Positions 16,579 through 25,819 of a DNA stretch of 64,000 nt are shown here, piece after piece (the first letter of the stretch is position 1; each line of letters starts with the position of its first letter). Position numbers and translations under genes: made by a program. The notes below the pieces were generated by a model, which ran no database searches, was not told where the DNA came from, and saw only the letters and a list, made by a program, of their open reading frames with translations. The DNA comes from an uncultured virus (IMG/VR IMGVR_UViG_3300028920_000053). Taxonomy: Duplodnaviria; Heunggongvirae; Uroviricota; Caudoviricetes. The stretch is taken from IMG/VR virus record IMGVR_UViG_3300028920_000053; one strand, 5' to 3'.

Positions 16579-18117
16579 ATGACCGAAGAAGTCGTCCATA
16601 GCAGGCAGCCATCCAAGCTGCTCGACTCGCCCTTCAACCCCCGCCAGGACCTCTCGCTCGATCGAGAGTTCGTCGCCAGCGTGAAGTCGAACGGGGTGAT
16701 GACCCCCATCGTCTGCCGCCCGGTGGGCCGTCAGCTGGAGATCGTGTTCGGCCACCGACGCGCCTATGCGGCGATCGAGCTGGGCCTGAAGTGGGTCCCG
16801 GTCATCGTCCGCGAGATGTCCGACGAGGAGGTCCGCGTCGCGCAGCTGGTGGAGAATGCGCAGCGGACGAACGTCCCCCCGCTCGATGAGGCGGCCGCCT
16901 ACGAGCGGCTGGCGGAGGAGGCCGGCATCGGTCCCGAAGAGATAGCCGAGCGCGTCGGACGCTCGCCGGGGCATGTGCTGAAGCGGCTACAGCTGAACGG
17001 GCTTCATCCCAAGGGTAGGGAGGCGCTCGTCGCTGGTGACCTCACCCTGTCCGCCGCGCTCGTCGTCGCCCGACTCCCCGCCGAGCTCCAGCCCGAGGTG
17101 AACGAGGTGGTCCGCGGCAGTGAGGACGAGTCGTGCTGGCGCGCGCCCAGGATCGTCGAGCTGGTGCAGAGGAGCTACACGAACCTCCTGAAGGATGCGC
17201 AGTTCGACACGAAGCGCGAGCTGACGGTCGTCTCCGATGGTCGCGAGCTGCCCCCTTGCTCGAGCTGCCCGAAGCGGACGGGCGTGCAGACGGTGCTGTT
17301 CGATGACTTCTCCGATGACAGGTGCACCGACAAGCTGTGCTGGCGCGCGAAGTGCGACGTCCACTGGGCGGAGCTATGCGAGTCCGGCGAGCGCGAGTGC
17401 ATCCCGGACGAGACGAGCCTGGTCGAGATATTCCCGAACAAGTGGAGCGACAGGCCATCTGGCAACAAGTACCTCGACCTCGACTTCGTCTGCTGGCAGG
17501 TCGACGGCAAGAAGCCCCTACGTCGGGCGCTCGGGAAGAAGCGCATCCCGGAGCGGGTATTCTTGGCCCGCGATCACGAGGCGCACATCCACGAGCTGGT
17601 GCTGGCGGCCGACGTACTCCCGCAGGATCCCGGAATGTCCGACGAGGAGAAGGAACGGAAGAAGGAGCTGCGCCGGTGGGCGAAGGCCGCGAAGACGGCG
17701 AACGCGCTGCTGGGCGAGGAGCTGGAGACCAGGATCCGAGAAGTTAGGGAGCTGGGCCTCGCCTTCTGGAAGGGCCTCGCCCACGCGTCGCTGGCGGGAG
17801 CCGGATCGCAGGCGCTGAAGCGAGCGGCAGAGTCGAGGGCGCCCGATGGCGATCCGGATGGCGGCCACCTGGAGGTGCTGGAGTCGTGGCTCGTCAACGC
17901 GGACTCGGTGGATTGTCGGTGCCTGGCGGTCGAGCTGGCCGTCGCCGCCGAGCTGGAGAGGATCCGAATCGACGAGGAAGGCAAGCAGCGGCACAGCACG
18001 ATCATCCAGGCGATGGTCGACGAGCTGGGCGGCGACACGGCCGCGATCCTGAAGCGGGCCCACGACGCGGCCTTCGGGAAGGCGGACAAGCAGGACCCGC
18101 TCCCGGTCGACCAGTGA
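16579..18117 (+). CDS. parB: ParB/RepB/Spo0J-family protein with HTH and Cys-rich segment
   Basis: NPR, IVFGHRR (Arg patch), ENAQR, HTH PEEIAERVGRS, CSSC...CTDKLC; RBS AAGGAGG. Confidence 0.9.
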   Translation: MTEEVVHSRQPSKLLDSPFNPRQDLSLDREFVASVKSNGVMTPIVCRPVGRQLEIVFGHRRAYAAIELGLKWVPVIVREMSDEEVRVAQLVENAQRTNVPPLDEAAAYERLAEEAGIGPEEIAERVGRSPGHVLKRLQLNGLHPKGREALVAGDLTLSAALVVARLPAELQPEVNEVVRGSEDESCWRAPRIVELVQRSYTNLLKDAQFDTKRELTVVSDGRELPPCSSCPKRTGVQTVLFDDFSDDRCTDKLCWRAKCDVHWAELCESGERECIPDETSLVEIFPNKWSDRPSGNKYLDLDFVCWQVDGKKPLRRALGKKRIPERVFLARDHEAHIHELVLAADVLPQDPGMSDEEKERKKELRRWAKAAKTANALLGEELETRIREVRELGLAFWKGLAHASLAGAGSQALKRAAESRAPDGDPDGGHLEVLESWLVNADSVDCRCLAVELAVAAELERIRIDEEGKQRHSTIIQAMVDELGGDTAAILKRAHDAAFGKADKQDPLPVDQ

Positions 18118-18300
18118 CGAAGGTCCGGCAGGACGCGCTGGTCTCGGACGCCTCGCCCCGCGCCCGCTTCGGTGGATCGTCGAGGCGTCCGAAGAAACAG
18201 CTCGAGCAGCGGATCCGCGAGCTGGAGCGGGAGAATCGTCGGCTCCGCGCTCGACGCGTACGGGAAACCGCCGCATCATTGGAAGAGGAGGATCCCGACG

Positions 18301-19356
18301 ATGAAGCCTGAGAAGTTCCGCGCCCCGTTCGCGATAACGTTTTCGCCCGCGCAGAAGACGGGGATCATGGGCGAGTCCTCGGGCGATTCATCGGGGCCGG
18401 TGGTCGACGTGTTTGGCGAGCTCCAGGCGTTCGTCCGCGATAGGATCCGGAACGGCGAGGCCGAGCACTTCGGCGACTTCGGCGTGGAGCTGGAGCCGGC
18501 GGCGTGGGCCGACACCCTGGCATGGATGAGCCCACGGTCGCAGTTCAGGGGCTCGGCGCTGCCCGGCGACGAGTGCGAGCTGTGCGGCCTGTCGATCCGG
18601 AGGGTGGGAGAGATCCCGGGCCTGCCGCCGGGAGGTCAAGGCTACTCGCTGGTCAACCTCCGGATGGCCCGGGAGGTGTGCGAGATGTACCAGGTCGCAT
18701 TCGTGCAGAACGCCGCGAACCGGGAGACGGTCGTCACCTGGCGCGGCCTCCCCGTCGACGTCCGCGCCGCCCACCGGGTCGCCGATAGGTGGGGCGTTCT
18801 GCCGGCGCCGATCGTGCCTCCCCCCCGGCGGCGCGAGGACTCGCTGCTGCCGAGGTACGGGGACGGGAGCGCCGGCAAGGTGAGCCTCAAGATGACGATA
18901 ACCCCGACCGGACCCAGCGTCGACAAGGTGGCCGAGGAGCTGGGCAAGAAGATCAGGCGGGAGGCCGCCAAGAAGCTGGACGTGAGGATCGGGGCGCTCC
19001 AGCTCCTCGCCAACCTCCCGCACCCGAGGATGGCCCCGGGCAGCATCCAGCGGGCGCAGGCTTGGCTGTCGGGGCGAGAGTGCCGCCCGCACGTCGCGAT
19101 AGACGCGGGCATCAAGCGGCAGCGGTTCGAGCTGCTAAGGCGCGACCTGGAGGCCCTCGCCGATGGGTGGAAGGTGGCGCGGCCCGTGACGGACGCGATC
19201 ATCGACTACGATGGCCGGCCCGCGATGTTCATCGAGTGGTCGGGCTTCGAGGAGTTCGTGGTGCTCGACTGGGCGAACGAGGACCTGGACCAGGCCCGGT
19301 TGGTCGTGTCGACGCTGCTCGCCGCCCACTTCCTCGCCAGCTACCTTCCCACCTGA
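18301..19356 (+). CDS. Hypothetical protein
   Basis: RBS GAGGAGG, ATG 18301. Confidence 0.65.
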   Translation: MKPEKFRAPFAITFSPAQKTGIMGESSGDSSGPVVDVFGELQAFVRDRIRNGEAEHFGDFGVELEPAAWADTLAWMSPRSQFRGSALPGDECELCGLSIRRVGEIPGLPPGGQGYSLVNLRMAREVCEMYQVAFVQNAANRETVVTWRGLPVDVRAAHRVADRWGVLPAPIVPPPRRREDSLLPRYGDGSAGKVSLKMTITPTGPSVDKVAEELGKKIRREAAKKLDVRIGALQLLANLPHPRMAPGSIQRAQAWLSGRECRPHVAIDAGIKRQRFELLRRDLEALADGWKVARPVTDAIIDYDGRPAMFIEWSGFEEFVVLDWANEDLDQARLVVSTLLAAHFLASYLPT

Positions 19357-19380
19357 GCGTCGGCGCGCTACCCTGGCCGC

Positions 19381-20157
19381 ATGCAGTTAGGACTCGGATA
19401 CCTGCCGGATCCCGAGGACCGGCGGGACCTGAAGCTGAACGACGCGCCGCTCGCGCTGGCGGCGGATCAGGCTCCGGACTTCTTCGACGCCCTCGTCCCC
19501 CATGTCCGCGGCCTCCTCTACCAAGACGGGAGCCAGGGCTGCACGGGCTTCTCGGCCGCCCAGGCCTTCCGGACCAGGTCGAGCTACCTCGGACGGGGCG
19601 CGATCCTTCCGAGCGCCCTGCTCCTCTGGTACATGGGACGCAAGACCCACGGCGAGGAGAATCGGAACAGCGGGACCTACCTGCGGGCCGTGCTGAAGGA
19701 GGCTCACGCGCTCGGGCTCGTCCCGGAGTTGAAGTGGCCGAGCGACGACGCAGCCTTCGACTTCATGAAGGATCCGGCTCGCGACCCCCGGGTGCTTCGC
19801 TGCGCCTACGACGCGCGGGGCTTCGGGTACTACCGCTGCGCCGGCCTGGCGATGTATCGCAAGGCGGAGTTCAAGCGGGCGCTGGCGAGCGGTTGCCCCG
19901 TGATATTCGGGACCGACGTCTCGTTCGACTTCACGCGGCTCAAGAACCACGACCCGATCCCGCCCCCCATCGACAAGGACATCGCGGGCGGGCATGCGAT
20001 GTGCGCCGTCGCCTACGACGAGCGGGGGATCATCGGGCCGCAGACTTGGGGTCCAGACTGGGGAAACGACGGATGGTTCCATCTGTCCTGGGAGTACGTC
20101 ATGTGGGGGCAGACCCGAGACTGCTGGGCGATTAGCGATCCGAAGGTGATGTCGTGA
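19381..20157 (+). CDS. Papain-like (C1 family) cysteine peptidase
   Basis: QDGSQGCTG (oxyanion Gln, catalytic Cys), GGHAM, QTWGPDWGNDGW. Confidence 0.85.
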   Translation: MQLGLGYLPDPEDRRDLKLNDAPLALAADQAPDFFDALVPHVRGLLYQDGSQGCTGFSAAQAFRTRSSYLGRGAILPSALLLWYMGRKTHGEENRNSGTYLRAVLKEAHALGLVPELKWPSDDAAFDFMKDPARDPRVLRCAYDARGFGYYRCAGLAMYRKAEFKRALASGCPVIFGTDVSFDFTRLKNHDPIPPPIDKDIAGGHAMCAVAYDERGIIGPQTWGPDWGNDGWFHLSWEYVMWGQTRDCWAISDPKVMS

Positions 20158-20477
20158 GCCGGCTCGGATTGACGATGGCGGGGACCTACGCGCTGTCCCT
20201 CTTGGTCGCGGCGCAGTGCGTGCCTCCCCCCGAGCCCGAGCCGACGCCGTCCCCGGCGCCGAGCGTCGAGCCGCCGAACGACGGGACGCCCTGCGGGTGG
20301 ACCTGCGCGGCCTTCCGTCGGCTCGGGTGCGAGGAGGGCGAACCGACCCCCGCCGGCGACGAGTGCGAGGACTGGTGTCAGAACGGCCGCGAACACGGCT
20401 ACGAGCTGGCGCGGGATCGCGAGTGCGCCGCGGGGACCCGGACTTGCGACGAGGTCCGGGACTGCCCAGGGTTGTGA
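20154..20477 (+). CDS. Cys-rich lipoprotein or secreted protein
   Basis: Signal-like N-terminus ending LVAAQC, Pro linker, eight further Cys. Confidence 0.7.
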   Translation: MSRLGLTMAGTYALSLLVAAQCVPPPEPEPTPSPAPSVEPPNDGTPCGWTCAAFRRLGCEEGEPTPAGDECEDWCQNGREHGYELARDRECAAGTRTCDEVRDCPGL

Positions 20478-20495
20478 AGCAGATCGATCTGCTTC
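20476..20495. promoter_or_regulatory. Dispersed palindrome copy 4 (between a stop codon and the next RBS)
   Basis: Exact 20-mer. Confidence 0.9.
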
Positions 20496-20514
20496 GAGTC
20501 ATAGGAGGAGACGG

Positions 20515-21072
20515 ATGCACCAGATCGTGGTCGAGGATCCCACGGGCGAGCTCCCGCTGGGGACGGTGGTCGACGGACCGATGAGGAACACGCGGGCGGC
20601 AAGGTCCGCGGTGCTGATGCCGGTGGACCCGGACAGGGTGGCCGGCGACGTGACCGGCTACTTCCTGCGCCATTGGGGCGAGGGGTGGCTGTTCGACAGG
20701 GGAGCTGGCGAGCGGGGCTGCCCGATGCTGCTGCATGTCGAGCCCGACGCGAAGCACGTCTACTGGGCCGCGAGGGTGGCGCCCGCCCCGAATGTCACCA
20801 GGCCGCGCGGGAAGCTGAAGCTGGTCACCGACAGCGGCCGGCAGCAGCGGGCGATGGCCGGGGGTCTCTCGGCCGTCAAGAGGGTGGAGGCGGTCGAGGC
20901 GCTCGGGCCCCCCGATGCGCAGGGCGGATGGGTCATCATGGGCCGCAGCGACCTCGCGGTGTCGATGAGCGGGATGATCGCGCTGAGCCTGTACGGGGTG
21001 TGCAAAGGGCTTCTGGTCCAGTGGTCGGCGGTCACGCAGGTCCGCGAGACCATCGACCCTCCCGGCATGTAG
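20515..21072 (+). CDS. Hypothetical protein
   Basis: RBS AGGAGG. Confidence 0.65.
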   Translation: MHQIVVEDPTGELPLGTVVDGPMRNTRAARSAVLMPVDPDRVAGDVTGYFLRHWGEGWLFDRGAGERGCPMLLHVEPDAKHVYWAARVAPAPNVTRPRGKLKLVTDSGRQQRAMAGGLSAVKRVEAVEALGPPDAQGGWVIMGRSDLAVSMSGMIALSLYGVCKGLLVQWSAVTQVRETIDPPGM

Positions 21073-21127
21073 GGGACAGCCGGGCCGTGCGCTGTTAGAC
21101 TCCGAGTGACCGACCCGGAGCGAGCGC

Positions 21128-23752
21128 ATGGCCCTACAGATCAAGATCGACCAAGGCGGGAAGCCGGCGGGAATCGCCGGGCAGGCACGAGAAGACCTGG
21201 ACCTGGCGACGCCCGTCGTCCTGTCCGCGGTCGGGGTTTCGGCCTCGGCGTACAAGTGGACGTTCGTCAGCAGGCCGCCGATCGACGATCTGTCCGGGCC
21301 CAGCTCGGCGGCCTTCTCCGCGCCGAGCGCGTCGAGCACGAACACGACCCCGGACAACCGCGGGACCTACCACGTGCAGCTCGAGGTGGATCAGGGATTC
21401 GGCCTCGGCGCTCGATCCGAGGACAGGGTCCGCATCACCTTCTACGCGGGCCCGACGCTGAACCCGGTCTACAACGAGCTGCCGCGGCGCATCCCGGCAC
21501 CATTCGAGCGGCTGGAGCACAACGTCCCCGACGCGGTCGAGCCGGGCGGCAACACCGAGGGATGGGCCAGGGAGTGGGAGCGCTGGTTCCGGTACATCGA
21601 GTCGTTGAGTGGGATTCCGGACGGGAGCGCCAACGGGCAGGTGCTGTGGTGGGATGAGACGGGCCTGTCGGCGCCGGCGCAGGAGTGGAAGGTCGGCGGC
21701 CCCGCGAGCTCCACCGACCCCCAGAACGACGCGCACATCGCCTATTTCGCGGCGCACATCCCGGGCGTCTACTGGCGCAGCGCCCTGGCCGACCTGGGCG
21801 GGACCAGCGCGTTGCAGGGAGACGGCGTGGTCCATACGGACCAGATCGGGACGAGCAGCGCTCTGATGAGGATCGGCAAGCTGCGGCCCGACATGATGGC
21901 CCCGAACGGGAGCGTCGGCGCGCTGTACGTCCTCGCGAGCACATCGGCCGCGGGCCCCGCCGAGCTGGTCAAGATCGCGAGCGGCCCGACGCCGAGCCCC
22001 GGCGACGTGCCCGTCTGGGTGGGTGACTTCACGGGCGGCCCTCAGTGGGGGACGGCGCCGGGTGGCACGGACGAGCTGGTCAAGCTATCGGTGGCGGACG
22101 CCACCGCGGGCTACCTGAAGTCGAAGCTGACGAGGGAAGTCGGGCTGTTTGCCGACGACTACGATGCCGGCGGCGGGAACCTGGTCCACAAGCTAATCAA
22201 CTTCGCGGCAGGATCCTCGCGCATCTGGATCTTCGACACCGGCACCGCGGACGCCGATCCGGGTGCGCTGCAGATGCGGTTCGACAATGCGACGCAGGGC
22301 TCGGCGACGTTCATCTACGCGAACTATACGATGGGCCAGGCGGGCGACATGAGCACGCTCCTGCTCGACCTCAATGCGGGTGACCGCCTATTCCTGCAGC
22401 AGTGCCAGGTCGAGAACGCGGGACCGGGCGGATCGGTGTCCCGGCACAAGCTGGTCCGCGTGACGGGGCCGGTCGTCGACGGGGGGACCTACGTCAAGAT
22501 CCCCATCGTCGTCGAGCTGAACGGGCCGAACGACTTCGACGTCGACCAGGAGATCAGCGTCGGCTTCCACTACACGGGAGGATCCGGCGTCGACGAACTG
22601 GTCAAGGTCACCGCCGCGGATGTGGCGGGCGACTACCTGGAGGACAAGCTGGTCCAGGGCGTCGGCATCCGCGCCTCGACCGAGGACCCGGGTGGGGCAC
22701 CCTTCCTCACGAGGAAGGTCATCAGCCGCTCGGCGGGCAACGCGATCAGCTTCAACTTCAGCACGACGACCGCCTCGGGGAACCCAGGCTCGAACAACTT
22801 CCGGCTGAACAACGCGACCCAGCCATCGGCGACGGAGATGTATCTCGACGATGACCCGATCGCCGTGCCCGAGCTGGACCGGGTTCTGGGACGGCTAAGG
22901 CCCGGGACCGTCATCCGCATCCGCCAGCTCCGCTCGAATACGGACGGTAGCGAGTTCGATCGCTGGCACATGCTCGTCGTGACGGGTGACGTTGTGGACA
23001 ACTCTGGCTGGTACACCGTGCCGATCAGCGTCGTCCAGTCGGGCATTGCGTCACTGGAAGACGGCGAGGAGTGCAGCTTCGGCTTCTATGAGGTTCCTGT
23101 TCCCGAAGGGACGATCGCCGCCGGCAGCATTCAGATGATGTGGTTCGACGGCGACACGGGATTCTGGAATGTGGGCACCCAGCTGACGGCGACGGGCTAC
23201 TGGGTGCCGCGAGCCACTATCAGCGGCGTCGGTTGGCGCAAGGAATACTACGGGATCACGACCGTCAGCGCGGCGGCGAGTAGCTCATACAATCCGGACC
23301 GCGGCGTCGTTCGGCATGCGCCCAATGATTCGGCCATCGGCAACCAGTACCTGCTCGCGTTCGATGGGAGCCAGGACGGCGACTGGGTCCAATTCTTCAA
23401 CGACTTCATCACTGCCGGCTTCAAGGAGGAGCACGACGACGGGAACAAGTCGGGCACCAGCTCGCTATCCTTCGCGGATGGCAACAAGCAGGCGGTCACG
23501 CTCACGGGCAACTGGACGATCTCCAGCTTCATTTTCCTGGCGGTCGGCAACTACGTCTTGAAGGTCATCCAGAACGGGACCGGTGGATACAGCATCACCT
23601 GGCCGAGCAACACGCGGGCCGTCGACGGATCGATCGACATCTCGAGCGCACCCAACTCCGTGACCATCATCGGCATCTACTTCGACGGCACCAATGTCCA
23701 TCTCACCTCGGCGCCGAACAGCGCGGGCAGCGTGACGACCAACCTGGTGTGA
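21128..23752 (+). CDS. Large fibre-like virion protein with two internal repeats of about 174 aa
   Basis: PKD-like N-terminus, Gly/Thr/Ser-rich beta composition, duplicated DELVK...YL..KL...PG...R..NATQ.SAT module, fibre-type C-terminus. Confidence 0.7.
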   Translation: MALQIKIDQGGKPAGIAGQAREDLDLATPVVLSAVGVSASAYKWTFVSRPPIDDLSGPSSAAFSAPSASSTNTTPDNRGTYHVQLEVDQGFGLGARSEDRVRITFYAGPTLNPVYNELPRRIPAPFERLEHNVPDAVEPGGNTEGWAREWERWFRYIESLSGIPDGSANGQVLWWDETGLSAPAQEWKVGGPASSTDPQNDAHIAYFAAHIPGVYWRSALADLGGTSALQGDGVVHTDQIGTSSALMRIGKLRPDMMAPNGSVGALYVLASTSAAGPAELVKIASGPTPSPGDVPVWVGDFTGGPQWGTAPGGTDELVKLSVADATAGYLKSKLTREVGLFADDYDAGGGNLVHKLINFAAGSSRIWIFDTGTADADPGALQMRFDNATQGSATFIYANYTMGQAGDMSTLLLDLNAGDRLFLQQCQVENAGPGGSVSRHKLVRVTGPVVDGGTYVKIPIVVELNGPNDFDVDQEISVGFHYTGGSGVDELVKVTAADVAGDYLEDKLVQGVGIRASTEDPGGAPFLTRKVISRSAGNAISFNFSTTTASGNPGSNNFRLNNATQPSATEMYLDDDPIAVPELDRVLGRLRPGTVIRIRQLRSNTDGSEFDRWHMLVVTGDVVDNSGWYTVPISVVQSGIASLEDGEECSFGFYEVPVPEGTIAAGSIQMMWFDGDTGFWNVGTQLTATGYWVPRATISGVGWRKEYYGITTVSAAASSSYNPDRGVVRHAPNDSAIGNQYLLAFDGSQDGDWVQFFNDFITAGFKEEHDDGNKSGTSSLSFADGNKQAVTLTGNWTISSFIFLAVGNYVLKVIQNGTGGYSITWPSNTRAVDGSIDISSAPNSVTIIGIYFDGTNVHLTSAPNSAGSVTTNLV

Positions 23753-23758
23753 GGTCGG

Positions 23759-24427
23759 ATGGCCGTCATCAACTATACGGGAGGGGCGATCAGCCCGCCG
23801 ACGGAGGGCTCGTCGATTACCCTCTCGTACTCGAACCACAGCGGCGTCCGGCGGAAGCTGATCGCCTGGGCGAGCGGGGAGAACCTGAGCGGGTTCGTGG
23901 CGAGCGCCTGCACGTTCAACGGCATCTCGATGACGAGGTTCCGAGAGGACGTCGGGGGCTTCAACCACATCGTGCTGTTCTACCTGGACGATCCCTTCCC
24001 GCTCGGGACGTACGACCTCGTCGCGACCTTTACCGGGAACATGGCGCCGGGATTCCTGGCGGTCGCGGAGTTCGAGAATGCGGCGCCGGGCGATCCCACC
24101 GCCTCGGGCGTCAACTACGTGACCAACTCCTCGTCGAACAACACGAACCTGGTCATCCCTGCGGCGAACAGTTACCTCATCTCGGCTTGCAGCTGCGGCG
24201 GCCCCAATACCTACACGCCGAACAGCGGGCAGACGCTTCGAGACCAGGCCAATGGCGGCTCGGGCGGGGCAGCCGCTTGCCACGGCACCGAGTTCATCGC
24301 CTCGCCCGGATCGGAAGCCAGCAACTGGAACTTCGGCTCGACCGCGAACCGATTCTTGCAGACGGTGGCGGCGCTGGCGACATTCCAACAGAAGACGAAC
24401 GTTCACATCCTGGGCGCCTTCGCGTAG
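23759..24427 (+). CDS. Beta-rich virion or fibre-associated protein
   Basis: Ser/Thr/Gly/Asn-rich; ends NVHILGAFA. Confidence 0.65.
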   Translation: MAVINYTGGAISPPTEGSSITLSYSNHSGVRRKLIAWASGENLSGFVASACTFNGISMTRFREDVGGFNHIVLFYLDDPFPLGTYDLVATFTGNMAPGFLAVAEFENAAPGDPTASGVNYVTNSSSNNTNLVIPAANSYLISACSCGGPNTYTPNSGQTLRDQANGGSGGAAACHGTEFIASPGSEASNWNFGSTANRFLQTVAALATFQQKTNVHILGAFA

Positions 24428-24451
24428 CCCGACACAGCAAGGAGAATCCCA

Positions 24452-25069
24452 ATGGCAGGCAGCACCATAGTCGTCCGAAGTTATCCCGTGTCCGACACCG
24501 CGACGGGGCTCTGCAACCCTCCCGTCCTTCGGCAGCAGATCCTCGATGATGGGACCGTGACCACCAATCCCTCGTCCGTCACCCAGTCGGGGACGACGAT
24601 CAGGATCGAGTTTCCGCAGCTCATCTCGCCCGCCGAGGAGGCCCAGCTCGACGCGCTCGTGGCGGCCCACCAGGGCGAGGCATTCTCCACCCTTCCACAA
24701 AAGGCTTTCTCGGAGGTCGAGGTCAGCGACGACACGGGGAATGAGATCCAGAAGGTGGCGATCGACACGGGACCCCTCCCGTCGGGGACGTACCTGGTCG
24801 GCTGGTACCAGGAGCTCGCGGTCACGACCACGACCGGATCGACGGGTTCGCGAGGCCGGTTCAACGTCACCAAGAACGGCGGACCGAAGACCGAGCGGGC
24901 GCAGCAGAATGCGGACACCGACCAGTGGACGCCGATGAGTGGGAGCCTGTCGCTCGAAGTGGAAGATGGGGAGACGTATAACTTCCAGATCACATTCGAG
25001 AGAATCGGGACCAACTTGAACGCGGCCCGAGCGCAGCGAGGCCGGATCACGCTCGCCCGCCTCGGCTGA
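24452..25069 (+). CDS. Beta-rich virion-associated protein
   Basis: RBS AAGGAG; LDALVAAHQG motif, jelly-roll-like C-terminal half. Confidence 0.65.
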   Translation: MAGSTIVVRSYPVSDTATGLCNPPVLRQQILDDGTVTTNPSSVTQSGTTIRIEFPQLISPAEEAQLDALVAAHQGEAFSTLPQKAFSEVEVSDDTGNEIQKVAIDTGPLPSGTYLVGWYQELAVTTTTGSTGSRGRFNVTKNGGPKTERAQQNADTDQWTPMSGSLSLEVEDGETYNFQITFERIGTNLNAARAQRGRITLARLG

Positions 25070-25075
25070 GGTCTC

Positions 25076-25819
25076 GTGGCCATCACCAAGGATTTCGTCG
25101 CGCAGGGGCAGGTCCAGTTCACGCCTGCCTTTGACATCGCCTTCTCGCTCAGTTCGGGTCAGCTGTCGCGGTCGAACAAGCTGCTGTTCGTATCCGGGCA
25201 CTCGCGCGGCAATTCGGGCACGAGCGAGATCACGTCGGTCGTCGTCAGGACGGCGAGCGGCGGCGGCGGATCCTTGGTCGCGTCGCTGACCCAGGTGTTG
25301 AACATCGAAGCCGACAATATCCTGCACGCGGCATTCTGGCACTTGCTCGACACCGATGTGGACGGCCTGAGCGCGGGGACGACCTACTATCTGCGCGTGA
25401 CCACATCGAACGCGTTCGATATAGGGGCGGGCATCCTCCTGCTGGACAACATCACCCAGGGCGCGCCCACCGCGACGGCGGGGACGAACGCGGGCGGCAC
25501 GAGCATCCAGGACACGATCACGGTGCCGGCCGACCCCGGCATCATCGTCGACAACTGGAGCGGCAACTTCGCGAGCGGGACCGTCATGCTCGCGGACATA
25601 GGAGAGACCCGGACGGACGCGTCTTGGATATCCACCGACATCAACATCGGCGAGCTGCAGGCGCAGGCCGCCTACACCGACTCGTCGAGTTCGGGAACGA
25701 AGACCTTCGGGTGGTCCGGCGACTTCCACAACCGGAACGCGCTCGGCATCCTGTACTATCCCGAAGCAGCAGCCGCCGCTCGACGGCCGAACGTCCACAT
25801 CTACGGAGCCTTCGCATGA
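25076..25819 (+). CDS. Beta-rich virion or fibre-associated protein, possible paralogue of 23759-24427
   Basis: Ends NVHIYGAFA. Confidence 0.65.
   Translation: MAITKDFVAQGQVQFTPAFDIAFSLSSGQLSRSNKLLFVSGHSRGNSGTSEITSVVVRTASGGGGSLVASLTQVLNIEADNILHAAFWHLLDTDVDGLSAGTTYYLRVTTSNAFDIGAGILLLDNITQGAPTATAGTNAGGTSIQDTITVPADPGIIVDNWSGNFASGTVMLADIGETRTDASWISTDINIGELQAQAAYTDSSSSGTKTFGWSGDFHNRNALGILYYPEAAAAARRPNVHIYGAFA

Noticed and set aside
21128..25819. Diversity-generating retroelement target/template
   Set aside because: No reverse transcriptase in the window and no long near-identical repeat pair with adenine-specific differences was seen
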